A stretch of 64,000 nt of DNA, taken from the NCBI RefSeq assembly GCF_003918875.1, contig NW_025766880.1:930001-994000 (forward strand). Reading direction: 5' to 3'. Under the pieces are notes generated by a model. That model was not told where the DNA came from. It worked only from the letters and a program-made list of their open reading frames with translations, and searched no databases. Within the stretch, counting starts at the first letter, position 1. Every line of letters begins with the position of its first letter. The stretch comes from Haliotis rubra. Its lineage: Eukaryota. This document shows, one piece after another, positions 46,508 through 61,500 of the stretch. Made by a program: the position numbers and the translations under genes.

Positions 46508-49500
46508 ATGGCCGCGTTTGATTCAAGAGCAGAGGTAGTTTTGCCTCCTCGGGAGAAGAAATGGGATGCCGTCAAAGGTGCCGTTCATGAATATATGTCT
46601 AATTCTACAGTGCATGGTTTCAGCAAAGCTGTTGGTCAACAGTTGTACTTTGGAAGAAGGTGAGCGAACGATTTAAATTGTTTCGAACTGTGTTTTCGTC
46701 TGTAGTTTCTCAGTCACACCATATGTCGCCAGTAATCAGACTTGGGTTGTTACAATGTGATGGGGTTGCCATGTTGTCTTGTCTAACCTAATATGTTAGG
46801 CAATGGTCTGTACTGGCACAGATTGTGTAAGAGATGTAGATGGAAGGTTGCTGACTGCAGGGTAAAGCATCATTCAATCTCTTATTGTGTTCAATACACT
46901 GTCCATCTTACAACATTGACAACGCATCTCACAAAAACACACACCTCACATCGTCCATAAATAACTCTCACGAACAATAAACATCTCACACAACCAACAG
47001 ATCACCTGAAAAAAAACCATAACACATCTATTTCCTCCATAAATAAATCTAACTAACAATAAACATCTCAGGCTACCAATAGTTTATCTCATATCGACGC
47101 ATGGCCCTTCTCACGCCGTATATAACCCATCTTACAACATCCATAGCACATCTAAACCCAACCGCAAGGCATCTATTATCCTCCGTAACTCTCACAAACT
47201 ATAAACATCTCAATCTACCAAAAGCCTATCTTAAACCAACCATAACTCACACTGTCCATAGCCTATCTCATTTATCTCTCCCCTTGATACCAAGGAGCTC
47301 CTGTCTGCCTCTTGTTACCAAAGAGTCTCTGTCTCTCCCTTGTTACCAAAGAGTCTCTGTCTGCTCCTTGTTGCCAAAGCGTTCCTGTCCCCCATTGTTA
47401 CCAAAGAGTCTCTGTCTGCCCTTGGTACCTTGAGTACGTCTGTCCCTTGATACACAAGAGTCCTGTCTCCCCTTGTTACCAAATAGTCTCTGTCTGCTCC
47501 TTGTTGCCAAAGTGTTCCTGTCCCCATTGTTACCAAAGAGTCCCTGTTCATGTCTCCCCTTGTTGCCCCAAACCCCTGTCTCCCATTGTTACCAAAGAGT
47601 CTCTGTCTGCCCCATGTTACCAAAGAGACTCTGTCTGCTCCTTGTTGCCAAAAGTCTCCCATTGTTCAGTCTCTGTATCCCTTGTTACCAAATTCTCTGT
47701 CTGCCTTGTTACAAAGAGTCTCTGTCTGCCCATGTTACCAAAGAGTCTCTGTCTGCTCCTTGTTGCCAAAGCGTTCCTATCTGCCTCTTGTTACCAAAGA
47801 GTCCTGTTCATGTCTCCCATTCCTGTCTGCCCTTGTTAGCAAAACGTCACCCCTTGTTACCACAGAGTCCCTGTCTCCCTTTGTTGCCAAAGGAGTCTCT
47901 GTGTTTCCCCTGTTGCCGAAGCGCCCTGTCTGCTTGTTATCAAAGGGTGTGTGCCCATTTGTTACCAAAGAGTCCCTGTCTGCCCCTTCTTACTACTAGC
48001 TACTGTCTCCCCGTTGTTGCCAAACTACTGTTTCCTAGCGTTTGTCAGCGTCAGCTACTAGTGCTGTCCATTTGGATGGTACCATCACTGCCACCACTAC
48101 CACTACTACTACTACCACTATATACTACTACTTTTACGCCGTCCTTAGCTCATATCACCCATCCGAAACGCATATCTCACTGTATTTAGAAACTTGCCTC
48201 CCACAACCAATAACTCTTCTTAAAGTCGCCATGTTGTTATTTTCTTGTAGGCTGCTTTGGATGTTAATCATCCTAGGTGCAGCTTTGGGTCTTGCATCTC
48301 AGATCTACACGGAGGTGGAAACCTACAATGCACGACCAACATTAATCCAAGAACAGTTCTTTGACGTTGTGGATGTTGTGAAGGAGGTCCCGACCATTAG
48401 TCTCTGTCCCTTGAAAGCTTTGGAAGTAAGTGTCAACCATGCAGACTCAAATACACCTCTCACTAAAGAAGAGATGACACTCCAACGGTTGGCTTATCCT
48501 GCGTCCTACATATCGGAAAGCTTCTTGTCAACCCTCCACATCAAACTTTTCGGCTGGGTTGAGGACGATTCAAGTTCATCCGCCCTACTACACTCTTCTT
48601 CACCGGCTGATCCATCATTGCAGGTCTTTGCGGATAGGTCATGGGAGAAGGAGGCTGGTTTGCCGCAGGTATTCAATGACTCTGATTCTGGCGAGCTCCT
48701 GAAACGCCTTGCCATTTCAAGTAAGAATTTAAATTTGACGACCTGTCCCAGAAAGAGAGGTTCTTTGTATGATCTCCCATGCTGCAATAACCTCTTCACA
48801 GAGGTTCTCACCGAGACAGGGTTGTGCCACACCCTTAATATGACGGCTGTGGCCACCGAAGGAAAACAGGTGGGATTTTTCAGCGATAACAGGTTCACCG
48901 TGGTCGTTGGTGTGAAGGTCTTCAATGATCTGACGCTGTTTGAAGATGTGAGGGGACTACAGGTCAGTATCCTACTCCAAGTAGGCTGTGACGTTACAGA
49001 AGACGTCAATATCGGCTTACGTTGACTGCGTATAAAGCAGCAGGAGAACTACGTGAGAGCAAATTGGTAGTGTAAGCATGCTTTGTTCAGTGCCATTTTT
49101 GCATGATGTAGGCAATCTACGAACACGATGAAGACATTATACCAGTGTCTGCATTACGCAAGGACAATCCGGAGAAAACATAATAACGTTAGACGTAACA
49201 CGAGACAGGTCACACTCACAGTCCTGACGTTACACAATTGAAAGACAACACAAACTAGGCATAAGAAAAAATCTGGACGTTACATAAGGACAATCTAGTC
49301 GTTATATAAGGCCAGTCTGCACGTTACACAAGGACAATCTGGGCATTACACAAGGACAATCTGGACATTACACAAGGATAATCTGGACATTACATAAGGA
49401 CAATCTGGACATTACACAAGGACAATCTGGACATTACATAAGGGCAAACTGGTCGTTACACAAGGGCAATCTGCACGTTACATAAGTACAATCTGGACAT

Positions 49501-52500
49501 TACACAAGGACAATCAAGTCGTTATATAACGCCAGTCTTCACGTTACATAAGGACAATCTGGACGTTACATAAGGACAATCTGGACATTACATAAGGACA
49601 ATCTGGACATTACACAAGGACAATCTGGACGTTACATAAGGGCAATCTGGTCGTTACACAAGGGCAATCTGCACGTTACATAAGTACAATCTGGACATTA
49701 CACAAGGACAATCTGGACATTCACAAGGACAATCTGGACATTACACAAGGACAATCTGGACGTAACATAAGGACAATCTGGACATTACACAAGGACAATC
49801 TGGACATTACACAAGGACAATCTGGACATTACACAAGGACAATCTGAACATTACACAAGGACAATCTGGACATTACATAAGGACAATCTGGACATTACAC
49901 AAGGACAATCTGGATGTTACATAAGGGCAATCTGGTCGATACACAAGGGCAATCTGCAAGTTACATAAGTACAATCTTGACATTACACAAGGACAATCTG
50001 GACATTACACAAGGACAATCTGAACATTACATAAGGACAATCTGGACGTTACATAAGGACATTCTGGACGTTACAGAAGGACAATCTGGACATTACACAA
50101 GGACAATCTGGACATTACACAATGGCAATCTGGACGTTACGCAAGGACAATCTGGACGTTACATAAGGACAATCTGGACATTACACAAGGACAAGTTGGA
50201 CATTACATAAGGACAATCTGGATGTTATCTGAGGGCAATCTGGGCGTTACATAAGGACAATCTGGACATTACACAAGGACAATCTGGACATTACACAAAG
50301 GCAATCTGGACATTACACAAGGACAATCTTGACGTTACATAAGGACAATCTGGACATTACACAAGGGCAATCTGGACATTACACAAGGGCAATCTGGACG
50401 TTACACAAGGGCATTCTGGACATTACACAAGGGCAATCTGGGCATAACACAAGGACAATCTGGACATTACAAAAGGGCAATCTGGACATTACAAAAGGAA
50501 AATCTGGTTATTAGTTACGGACAATCTGGACGTTACACAAGGACCACCTGTGTGCTACACTAGGACCATCTGGACAATCTGGATGATACAAAAGGACAAT
50601 CTGGATGTTACGCAAGGACAATCTGGATGTTACGCAAGGACTATCTGGACTTTACAAAAGGACAATCTGGACGTTATACAAGGACAATCTAGACAATCTG
50701 GATGTTACATAGGGACAGTCTGGACGTTGAAAAGGACAGTTTAGACATTACATAAGGACAATTTGGACGTACATCTAAGCTTCTGAAAGGGCGATCAATC
50801 AAACTATAGCCTGTTTGGGACAAAATGATACCGATTAATCACAATCCAAATGTAATGAAAATATCACACCAACTCTGGAAAAGTTTCATAACGTTTGTCT
50901 CCAAAATAAAAACGTTACTTAACAAACTATCATCATTCATTTTATTTTCCGTGTGAAATTTTACTAGTGTAAAGTAACGGCAATACTTTTGTGGGAACGT
51001 TCTGCGTTGAAAAGAATGTTTGATCAAGAAAATATTTGGAGGTAGATTGTGATTCATCTGTATCATTTTGACCCACACAGACATTACATGACTGCTGTTG
51101 TAGGTAGTTGTCCATAACACTGGCGACCCAGTCCTGCCGACCAAGAGGGGTGTGTTTGTATCGGTCCGTACTCAGTCCAGGCTCACAATACAAACTACAA
51201 AGGTGAGAACAACCTGTGAACAACAACTATTGACACGAATAGGAGCAATAGCACTTGAGGGGTAATTTATACTTGGAATGTGCAACGTTTTTAAAAAGGA
51301 AAGATGTGCGATTCTCACTAGATATGGTTGAACTAATTAGTATTCCCTCTTCCAAATGCCTGTTGTCGATTCTCATCCAGGTACACTGTGCCCCGTGGCA
51401 ATTCTTGTGTCCCCCCGCCGTGATATTAATGGAAAATGGTAAATGTGGCGAAAGATCATTGCCACTCACTCGTTCATTCTATACAAATGATTGCCGGTTA
51501 GAATAAGGATTGGCCTCTATAGTTCTGTGTCGTCATGGCGACGTTGGTTGCTAACTGTCATATTTGTCTTCTACCGTCCAGAGTCCGTTTGTCGTGAATA
51601 TTGTTTACAATGAGGTTCATATGAAACAGTTCACTTAGCCAAAACCTTTTTTCAAAATTTTCGTTTTTTGTCAGAGAATAAACTTGCCTCCGCCGTTTCG
51701 ATCAGCCAATGGCTACTGCCTTGATACTGATGTAGAATCGCCGATTTTAACGAGATTCCCCGACTACCAGTACAGTGTGTACGCCTGTGAGAGGGAATGT
51801 CTCATCAACTACACTGTACATGTCTGTGGGTGTAGGCACGCCTGGGACCCAGGTGAGTATAGTATACGATAAGAATTATTTTGGTTCACGTAAATTCACA
51901 TAACACTCATGACTTGCCACAGGCATGTCACATGTGACGTCACGTCAACAAGACAACCATAGTTACAATTTAGAATGTTTTCGTGTAAGCCCGACAGGTT
52001 GCAAAGCTTTGTATTTAGATAGTATTGAGGGCTTGCCCCGCCGGTGACACCCATCATGATCACATGCAAAGTCTAGTCAATCAGTTCTCTACTGGAACTA
52101 ATACCTTTTGTTATACAGTCTTGTGGAGAGTTTTTTGGATTGTTTTTTTGTTTTTGTTTTTTGTCAATCTGATTCTTTATGAATAGAGCTAAATATGAAA
52201 TAGCTGAGGCGGTCTCGCTTGACTCTTTACATTCAAGTTCAAGTGGGTAAATCAGTGTGAGGGAATTGGCTATTTGGTGGTTATTGAACGATATTAGATC
52301 ATCATACCTGAAGCGTGAATTAAACGTCTTGGCTAAATTCTTGTTTCGATCTTGCCAACCCTAGCAGAAATTCTGATCTACGTGTATGAAGAAACAGATA
52401 TACAAGGAGGGAGGACAACTGGGGACCATGGGGATGCCTACTTCTTGTCGAAATGTTTTACACCTAAAAATAATACAAATGAGGAAGTCCAACATTTGAC

Positions 52501-55500
52501 ATAATGTTTCTCAGTAAACTTCATCTGACGTTTGTTTTCATTTTCAAACAAGTGTCCTGAACCTCTGAATGTGGATATATCTGTGTTCCCCACGATGATT
52601 TACAAATACCCCATAGATCTGGGAATGAAGATTTTCCTTGAGTTTGCCATGTGGGATAATGGTGTACAACGTTGAAATATCAAATGTTTTGACCGAACTG
52701 AGTTCCGTTTCTGAGATTGTAAAAATTCCAGCTAATCTTTGAAATCATGAGAATCAACATAATAGTAATTCCGCTTGTCTAAAAAAATACGTTATGTGAA
52801 TATGAAGAAGGTCCTTCCTTGATAGTATTAAGGATTATGGATAATCTTTGAGACAGGGATTTGGTTGTACATTTGCTCGACCCAGCAATATACAGCTCTT
52901 TGTACGGATTTTCATGTAGCTTTGGAATCCAGTACAAAAGAGGAATAGGCATGTCTTCAGGTTGTAAAGTCAAGCCGAAAGTTGATAGCAACAATGAATG
53001 TTTTTCGTCTTCCTCAGACTTCTTCCTCAGTTAACATACTGGCTTATGTGACATTTTGTTAATATGCCATGTATACCAACACCACCACTAAGGCTGTATT
53101 AAATCATTTGGAGTTTTGTGCTTCCATTGTTTCTGTTAGTCTACTGCTTTGGCCAGACTCGATTAATTACGGTCCTCGTGGTAGAGCGAAACCACTACTG
53201 ACGTTAAACATCATTCTACCATATGATGTTGAAAAAAATGTTCTAAAGTATCGAATCTTCATAAGTACGATCTGAGACATGAAAGCACAGTGAGGTTTTA
53301 GCCTTACGCTGTGGGGCATTCCGCAACGCATTTCTTGATTTTCCTCATTAACGTTCAACAACTACGGTCAATGGTACAAAATGTCTTAAAGAGGAAATAT
53401 TGCGTTTCAGGTCAGGAAGACATGTGCAGCATCATAGATACTGTTAACTGCATATGGCCAGCAGCTGCCGGTGGGTTTTACTTAACTAATTAGCTTCCAT
53501 GTTAACTTTTAAATCAGTAAGGGCAGTGTTCATTTCAGACATTTTTAGTGTAAATCCTTTGATGGGTACCGGTCTGTATTTCTCACTTTCTCAATTGACC
53601 AATCCCTGAAGGCCCGGGTTAGAATTGATTTTCACAAACCATGCTTGTCGTAAGAGGCGACTAACGGGATCGAGTGGTCAGACTCGCTGACTTGGTTGAC
53701 ACGTCATCGTATCCCAATTGCGTAGATCGATGATCATGATGCCAATCACTGGCTTGTCTGGTCGGGACTCGATTATTTACGTGCTGCCTTCATAAAGCTG
53801 AAAAATTGCTGAATGTGGCTTTAAAAACAAACAAACAAAACAAGCAGTTGATCAGGGTTGCGCTCTCAAATATAAGTGTGTCTTTATGCTGAACAACTAA
53901 CCTTAGCAAGCAAATAGAACCCAGATCACTGTGCTGCGTTTGAATGCTTTCATTTGTAAAGATATTTCGTCTACCATTTCAGTGTCCAAATTATATTATA
54001 CAAATTGGAACAGCATTTAGAGAGTTGAACGTTGTCGTTTGTTGCATTTATTTAGAATACGGTGACAACCCAAGTTTGCAAACATGCCACTGCCCCACTC
54101 CGTGTCGAACCTCAACTCATGAAGTCACGATCTACCCAGCAGCGTTGGGGAAGTTCCAGCCCACACGGTTTAGGCCAGGTGACCAAGGAGTGGACGGTGA
54201 AACATGTAGAGACACACAGGTGTTGAGTGGCAGGTACAGATTATGTACACGTTCCCAGTCAAGAAAGGCGTGGGTTGAAGTCGTAAAAGGCAAAGGAAAC
54301 GCAACTTCCAGACCTGATTCTGTAGTTACCACCATATACACCAGTTTATATTACTAGACAGGTCGTTTCACTGATGTCAGAGTGCGTACATCATGTAGTA
54401 CTGTTTTTTATCGCTTTTCGTGGGAGAATGCAATATCACAAAGCTGAATTAATTCATAACACTTATAAAGTTACGATACATACAAGCTGTGTTAGATTCT
54501 GTATTTTTTCAGTAATTACGAGGTGCTGCTGTTAGATGTGGGTTTTCCTGTCAAGATAAGAGAAGTAAGGCAATTGGAAGCAAAGACTTTGGGGGATATT
54601 CTTGGTGAGTACACACGATGAGCCATTGTTAAACAAGACTGTAGATTGTACCCAAAGTGAGTACAAAATGTGATACTGGCCTAGACTAGGACACTAGATG
54701 GTACCCTACGAAAGTACAGAATTGTGACACTTAACAAGGACAATAAATGGTATCCCAGGTGAATACAAAAGGTGATACCGGTCTAAACAAGGACAACAGA
54801 TGGAACCCATGTGAGTACAGTGTACCACCTGTTGTCCTTGTTAGAACAAGGCTATAAAGGGTACCCTCGGTGAGTTCACAAAGTAAGACTGTTGTGAACA
54901 AGGGCTCTAAAAGGTATCCACAGGGAGTTCATAAAGTAAGAGAGTTATGAACAAGTACAATATATGGTACCCTCGGTGAGTCTATGAAGTTAGACAGTTG
55001 TGAACAAGTACAATAGATGGTACCCTCGGTGAGTCTATAAAGTTAAACAGTTGTGAACAAGTACAATAGATGGTACCTCTCGGTGAGTCTATAAAGTTAG
55101 ACAGTTTGATTTAAACATATTTATTCAAGAGAATGGATTGGGTACAAGTTATGCCAACTTAGTGAAACCCTCTCCTAGTTAGACAGTTGTGAACAAGTAC
55201 AATAGATGGTACCTCTCGGTGATTTCACAAACTTAGACAGTTGTGAACAAGTACAATAGATGGTGCCCTTGGTGAGTCTATAAAGTTAAACAGTTGTGAA
55301 CAAGTACAATAGATGGTGCCCTCGGTGAGTCTATAAAGTGAAACAGTTGTGAACAAGTACAATAGATGGTGCCCTCGGTGAGTCTATAAAGTGAAACAGT
55401 TGTGAACAAGTACAATAGATGGTGCCCTCGGTGAGTCTATAAAGTTAGACAGTTGTGAACAAGTACAATAGATGGTACCTCTCGGTGAGTCTATAAAGTT

Positions 55501-58500
55501 AGACAGTTGTGAACAAGTACAATAGATGGTACCTCTCGGTGAGTGTCTAAACTTAGACAGTTGTGAACAAGTACAATAGATGGTACCTCTCGGTGAGTGT
55601 CTAAACTTAGACAGTTGTGAACAAGTACAATAGATGGTACCTCTCGGTGAGTGTCTAAACTTAGACAGTTGTGAACAAGTACAATAGATGGTACCCTTGG
55701 TGAGTCTATAAAGTTAGACTGTTGTGAACAAGTACAATAGATGGTACCCTCGGTGAGTCTATAAAGTTAAACAGTTATGAACAAGTACAATAGATGGTGC
55801 CCTCGGTGAGTCTATAAAGTTAGACAGTTATGAACAAGTACAATAGATGGTACCCTCGGTGAGTCTATAAAGTTAAACAGTTGTGAACAAGTACAATAGA
55901 TGGTACCCTCGGTGAGTCTATAAAGTTAGACTGTTGTGAACAAGTACAATAGATGGTACCCTCGGTGAGTCTATAAAGTTAAACAGTTATGAACAAGTAC
56001 AATAGATGGTACCCTCGGTGAGTCTATAAAGTTAAACAGTTGTGAACAAGTACAATAGATGGTGCCCTTGGTGAGTCTATAAAGTTAGACTGTTGTGAAC
56101 AAGTACAATAGATGGTACCCTCGGTGAGTCTATAAAGTTAAACAGTTGTGAACAAGTACAATAGGTGGTGCCCTCGGTGAGTCTATAAAGTTAAACAGTT
56201 GTGAACAAGTACAATAGGTGGTGCCCTCGGTGAGTCTATAAAGTTAAACAGTTGTGAACAAGTACAATAGATGGTGCCCTTGGTGAGTCTATAAAGTTAG
56301 ACTGTTGTGAACAAGTACAATAGATGGTACCCTCGGTGAGTCTATAAAGTTAAACAGTTATGAACAAGTACAATAGATGGTACCCTCGGTGAGTCTATAA
56401 AGTTAGACTGTTGTGAACAAGTACAATAGATGGTACCCTCGGTGAGTCTATAAAGTTAAACAGTTGTGAACAAGTACAATAGATGGTGCCCTCGGTGAGT
56501 CTATAAAGTTAAACAGTTGTGAACAAGTACAATAGATGGTGCCCTTGGTGAGTCTATAAAGTTAAACAGTTGTGAACAAGTACAATAGATGGTGCCCTTG
56601 GTGAGTCTATAAAGTTAGACTGTTGTGAACAAGTACAATAGATGGTACCCTCGGTGAGTCTATAAAGTTAAACAGTTGTGAACAAGTACAATAGATGGTG
56701 CCCTTGGTGAGTCTATAAAGTTAAACAGTTGTGAACAAGTACAATAGATGGTGCCCTTGGTGAGTCTATAAAGTTAAACAGTTGTGAACAAGTACAATAG
56801 ATGGTGCCCTTGGTGAGTCTATAAAGTTAGACTGTTGTAAACAAGTACAATAGATGGTACCCTCAGTGAGTCTATAAAGTTAAACAGTTGTGAACAAGTA
56901 CAATAGATGGTGCCCTTGGTGAGTCTATAAAGTTAAACAGTTGTGAACAAGTACAATAGATGGTGCCCTTGGTGAGTCTATAAAGTTAGACTGTTGTGAA
57001 CAAGTACAATAGATGGTACCCTCGGTGAGTCTATAAAGTTAAACAGTTATGAACAAGTACAATAGATGGTACCCTCGGTGAGTCTATAAAGTTAGACTGT
57101 TGTGAACAAGTACAATAGATGGTACCCTTGGTGAGTCTATAAAGTTAAACAGTTGTGAACAAGTACAATAGATGGTGCCCTTGGTGAGTCTATAAAGTTA
57201 AACAGTTGTGAACAAGTACAATAGATGGTACCCTCGGTGAGTCTATAAAGTTAAACAGTTGTGAACAAGTACAATAGATGGTGCCCTTGGTGAGTCTATA
57301 AAGTTAAACAGTTGTGAACAAGTACAATAGATGGTACCCTCGGTGAGTCTATAAAGTTAAACAGTTGTGAACAAGTACAATAGATGGTGCCCTTGGTGAG
57401 TCTATAAAGTTAAACAGTTGTGAACAAGTACAATAGATGGTACCCTCGGTGAGTCTATAAAGTTAAACAGTTGTGAACAAGTACAATAGATGGTACCCTT
57501 GGTGAGTCTATAAAGTTAAACAGTTGTGAACAAGTACAATAGATGGTGCCCTCGGTGAGTCTATAAAGTTAAACAGTTGTGAACAAGTACAATAGATGGT
57601 GCCCTTGGTGAGTCTATAAAGTTAGACTGTTGTGAACAAGTACAATAGATGGTGCCCTCGGTGATTTCACAAAGTTAGACAGTTATGAACAAGTACAATA
57701 GATGGTGCCCTCGGTGATTTCACAAAGTTAGACAGTTGTGAACAAGTATAATAGATGGTACCCTCGGTGATTTCACAAAGTTAGACAGTTATGAACAAGT
57801 ACAATAGATGGTGCCCTCGGTGATTTCACAAAGTTAGACAGTTATGAACAAGTACAATAGATGGTGCCCTTGGTGAGTCTATAAAGTTAGACTGTTGTGA
57901 ACAAGTACAATAGATGGTACCCTCGGTGAGTCTATAAAGTTAAACAGTTGTGAACAAGTACAATAGATGGTGCCCTTGGTGAGTCTATAAAGTTAAACAG
58001 TTGTGAACAAGTACAATAGATGGTGCCCTTGGTGAGTCTATAAAGTTAAACAGTTGTGAACAAGTACAATAGATGGTGCCCTTGGTGAGTCTATAAAGTT
58101 AGACTGTTGTAAACAAGTACAATAGATGGTACCCTCAGTGAGTCTATAAAGTTAAACAGTTGTGAACAAGTACAATAGATGGTGCCCTTGGTGAGTCTAT
58201 AAAGTTAAACAGTTGTGAACAAGTACAATAGATGGTGCCCTTGGTGAGTCTATAAAGTTAGACTGTTGTGAACAAGTACAATAGATGGTACCCTCGGTAA
58301 GTCTATAAAGTTAAACAGTTATGAACAAGTACAATAGATGGTACACCTCGGTGAGTCTATAAAGTTAGACTGTTGTGAACAAGTACAATAGATGGTACCC
58401 TTGGTGAGTCTATAAAGTTAAACAGTTGTGAACAAGTACAATAGATGGTGCCCTTGGTGAGTCTATAAAGTTAAACAGTTGTGAACAAGTACAATAGATG

Positions 58501-61500
58501 GTACCCTCGGTGAGTCTATAAAGTTAAACAGTTGTGAACAAGTACAATAGATGGTGCCCTTGGTGAGTCTATAAAGTTAAACAGTTGTGAACAAGTACAA
58601 TAGATGGTACCCTCGGTGAGTCTATAAAGTTAAACAGTTGTGAACAAGTACAATAGATGGTGCCCTTGGTGAGTCTATAAAGTTAAACAGTTGTGAACAA
58701 GTACAATAGATGGTACCCTCGGTGAGTCTATAAAGTTAAACAGTTGTGAACAAGTACAATAGATGGTACCCTTGGTGAGTCTATAAAGTTAAACAGTTGT
58801 GAACAAGTACAATAGATGGTGCCCTCGGTGAGTCTATAAAGTTAAACAGTTGTGAACAAGTACAATAGATGGTGCCCTTGGTGAGTCTATAAAGTTAGAC
58901 TGTTGTGAACAAGTACAATAGATGGTGCCCTCGGTGATTTCACAAAGTTAGACAGTTATGAACAAGTACAATAGATGGTGCCCTCGGTGATTTCACAAAG
59001 TTAGACAGTTGTGAACAAGTATAATAGATGGTACCCTCGGTGATTTCACAAAGTTAGACAGTTATGAACAAGTACAATAGATGGTGCCCTCGGTGATTTC
59101 ACAAAGTTAGACAGTTATGAACAAGTACAATAGATGGTGCCCTCGGTGATTTCACAAAGTTAGACAGTTGTGAACAAGTACAATAGATGGTACCTCTCGG
59201 TGAGTCTATAAAGTTAGACAGTTGTGAACAAGTACAATAGATGGTACCCTCGGTGAGTCTATAAAGTTAGACAGTTGTGAACAAGTACAATAGATGGTGC
59301 CCTTGGTGAGTCTATAAAGTTAAACAGTTGTGAACAAGTACAATAGATGGTGCCCTCGGTGATTTCACAAAGTTAGACAGTTATGAACAAGTACAATAGA
59401 TGGTGCCCTCGGTGATTTCACAAAGTTAGACAGTTGTGAACAAGTATAATAGATGGTACCCTCGGTGATTTCACAAAGTTAGACAGTTATGAACAAGTAC
59501 AAAAGATGGTGCCCTCGGTGATTTCACAAAGTTAGACAGTTATGAACAAGTACAATAGATGGTGCCCTCGGTGATTTCACAAAGTTAGACAGTTGTGAAC
59601 AAGTACAATAGATGGTACCTCTCGGTGAGTCTATAAAGTTAAACAGTTGTGAACAAGTACAATAGATGGTACCCTCGGTGATTTCACAAAGTTAGACAGT
59701 TATGAACAAGTACAATAGATGGTGCCCTCGGTGATTTCACAAAGTTAGACAGTTGTGAACAAGTACAATAGATGGTGCCCTTGGTGAGTCTATAAAGTTA
59801 AACAGTTGTGAACAAGTACAATAGATGGTACCCTCGGTGAGTCTATAAAGTTAAACAGTTGTGAACAAGTACAATAGATGGTACCCTTGGTGAGTCTATA
59901 AAGTTAAACAGTTGTGAACAAGTACAATAGATGGTGCCCTCGGTGAGTCTATAAAGTTAAACAGTTTTGAACAAGTACAATAGATGGTGCCCTTGGTGAG
60001 TCTATAAAGTTAAACAGTTGTGAACAAGTACAATAGATGGTGCCCTCGGTGATTTCACAAAGTTAGACAGTTATGAACAAGTACAATAGATGGTGCCCTC
60101 GGTGATTTCACAAAGTTAGACAGTTGTGAACAAGTATAATAGATGGTACCCTCGGTGATTTCACAAAGTTAGACAGTTATGAACAAGTACAATAGATGGT
60201 GCCCTCGGTGATTTCACAAAGTTAGACAGTTATGAACAAGTACAATAGATGGTGCCCTCGGTGATTTCACAAAGTTAGACAGTTGTGAACAAGTACAATA
60301 GATGGTACCTCCTCGGTGAGTCTATAAAGTTAGACAGTTGTGAACAAGTACAATAGATGGTACCCTCGGTGAGTCTATAAAGTTAGACAGTTGTGAACAA
60401 GTACAATAGATGGTGCCCTTGGTGAGTCTATAAAGTTAAACAGTTGTGAACAAGTACAATAGATGGTGCCCTCGGTGATTTCACAAAGTTAGACAGTTAT
60501 GAACAAGTACAATAGATGGTGCCCTCGGTGATTTCACAAAGTTAGACAGTTGTGAACAAGTATAATAGATGGTACCCTCGGTGATTTCACAAAGTTAGAC
60601 AGTTATGAACAAGTACAAAAGATGGTGCCCTCGGTGATTTCACAAAGTTAGACAGTTATGAACAAGTACAATAGATGGTGCCCTCGGTGATTTCACAAAG
60701 TTAGACAGTTGTGAACAAGTACAATAGATGGTACCTCTCGGTGAGTCTATAAAGTTAAACAGTTGTGAACAAGTACAATAGATGGTACCCTCGGTGATTT
60801 CACAAAGTTAGACAGTTATGAACAAGTACAATAGATGGTGCCCTCGGTGATTTCACAAAGTTAGACAGTTGTGAACAAGTACAATAGATGGTACCCTCGG
60901 TGAGTCTATAAAGTTAAACAGTTATGAACAAGTACAAAAGATGGTACCCTCGGTGAGTCTATAAAGTTAAACAGTTATGAACAAGTACAAAAGATGGTAC
61001 CCTCGGTGAGTCTATAAAGTTAGACAGTTGTGAACAAGTACAATAGATGGTACCTCTTGGTGAGTCTATAAAGTTAAACAGTTATGAACAAGTACAAAAG
61101 ATGGTACCCTCGGTGAGTCTATAAAGTTACACAGTTGTGAACAAGTACAATAGATGGTGCCCCCGGTGAGTCTATAAAGTTAGACAGTTGTTAACAAGTA
61201 CAATAGATGGTGCCCCGGTGATTTCACAAAGTTAGACAGTTGTGAACAAACGCTATAAAGGTACCATCGGTAAGAGATATAGGTGTTTTAACCATGAATG
61301 AGATATTGTGACAGAAAAGAAGAAAAATGTAAGTCCTTGTCATTACAGCTGGTGGTGTATTGATGCATCAGTACTCAGACAGTACTTACCTGAGTCATGG
61401 GAGTGGGCCGAGTTGAAACTCTCTGGTCGTACTCAAAGAACAAAACATTACATACATGTTTGTCATAAGGATATATATTACTGATTAATGCATCTACGAA

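Noticed and set aside
47101-48189. Cys/Pro/Leu-rich ORFs of 110-238 aa in several frames
   Set aside because: Translations of the 27-28-bp minisatellite in an intron.
48042-48250. Poly-Thr N-terminus on the channel ORF
   Set aside because: Intronic microsatellite read-through; the acceptor is at 48250 and the true HG-motif exon is at 46508-46659.
49914-50744. Repetitive ORFs (QGQSGHY..)
   Set aside because: By-products of the 22-bp minisatellite.
54950-61250. CRISPR-like array
   Set aside because: Units are contiguous with no unique spacers, there are no cas genes, and the context is a eukaryotic intron; it is a satellite.
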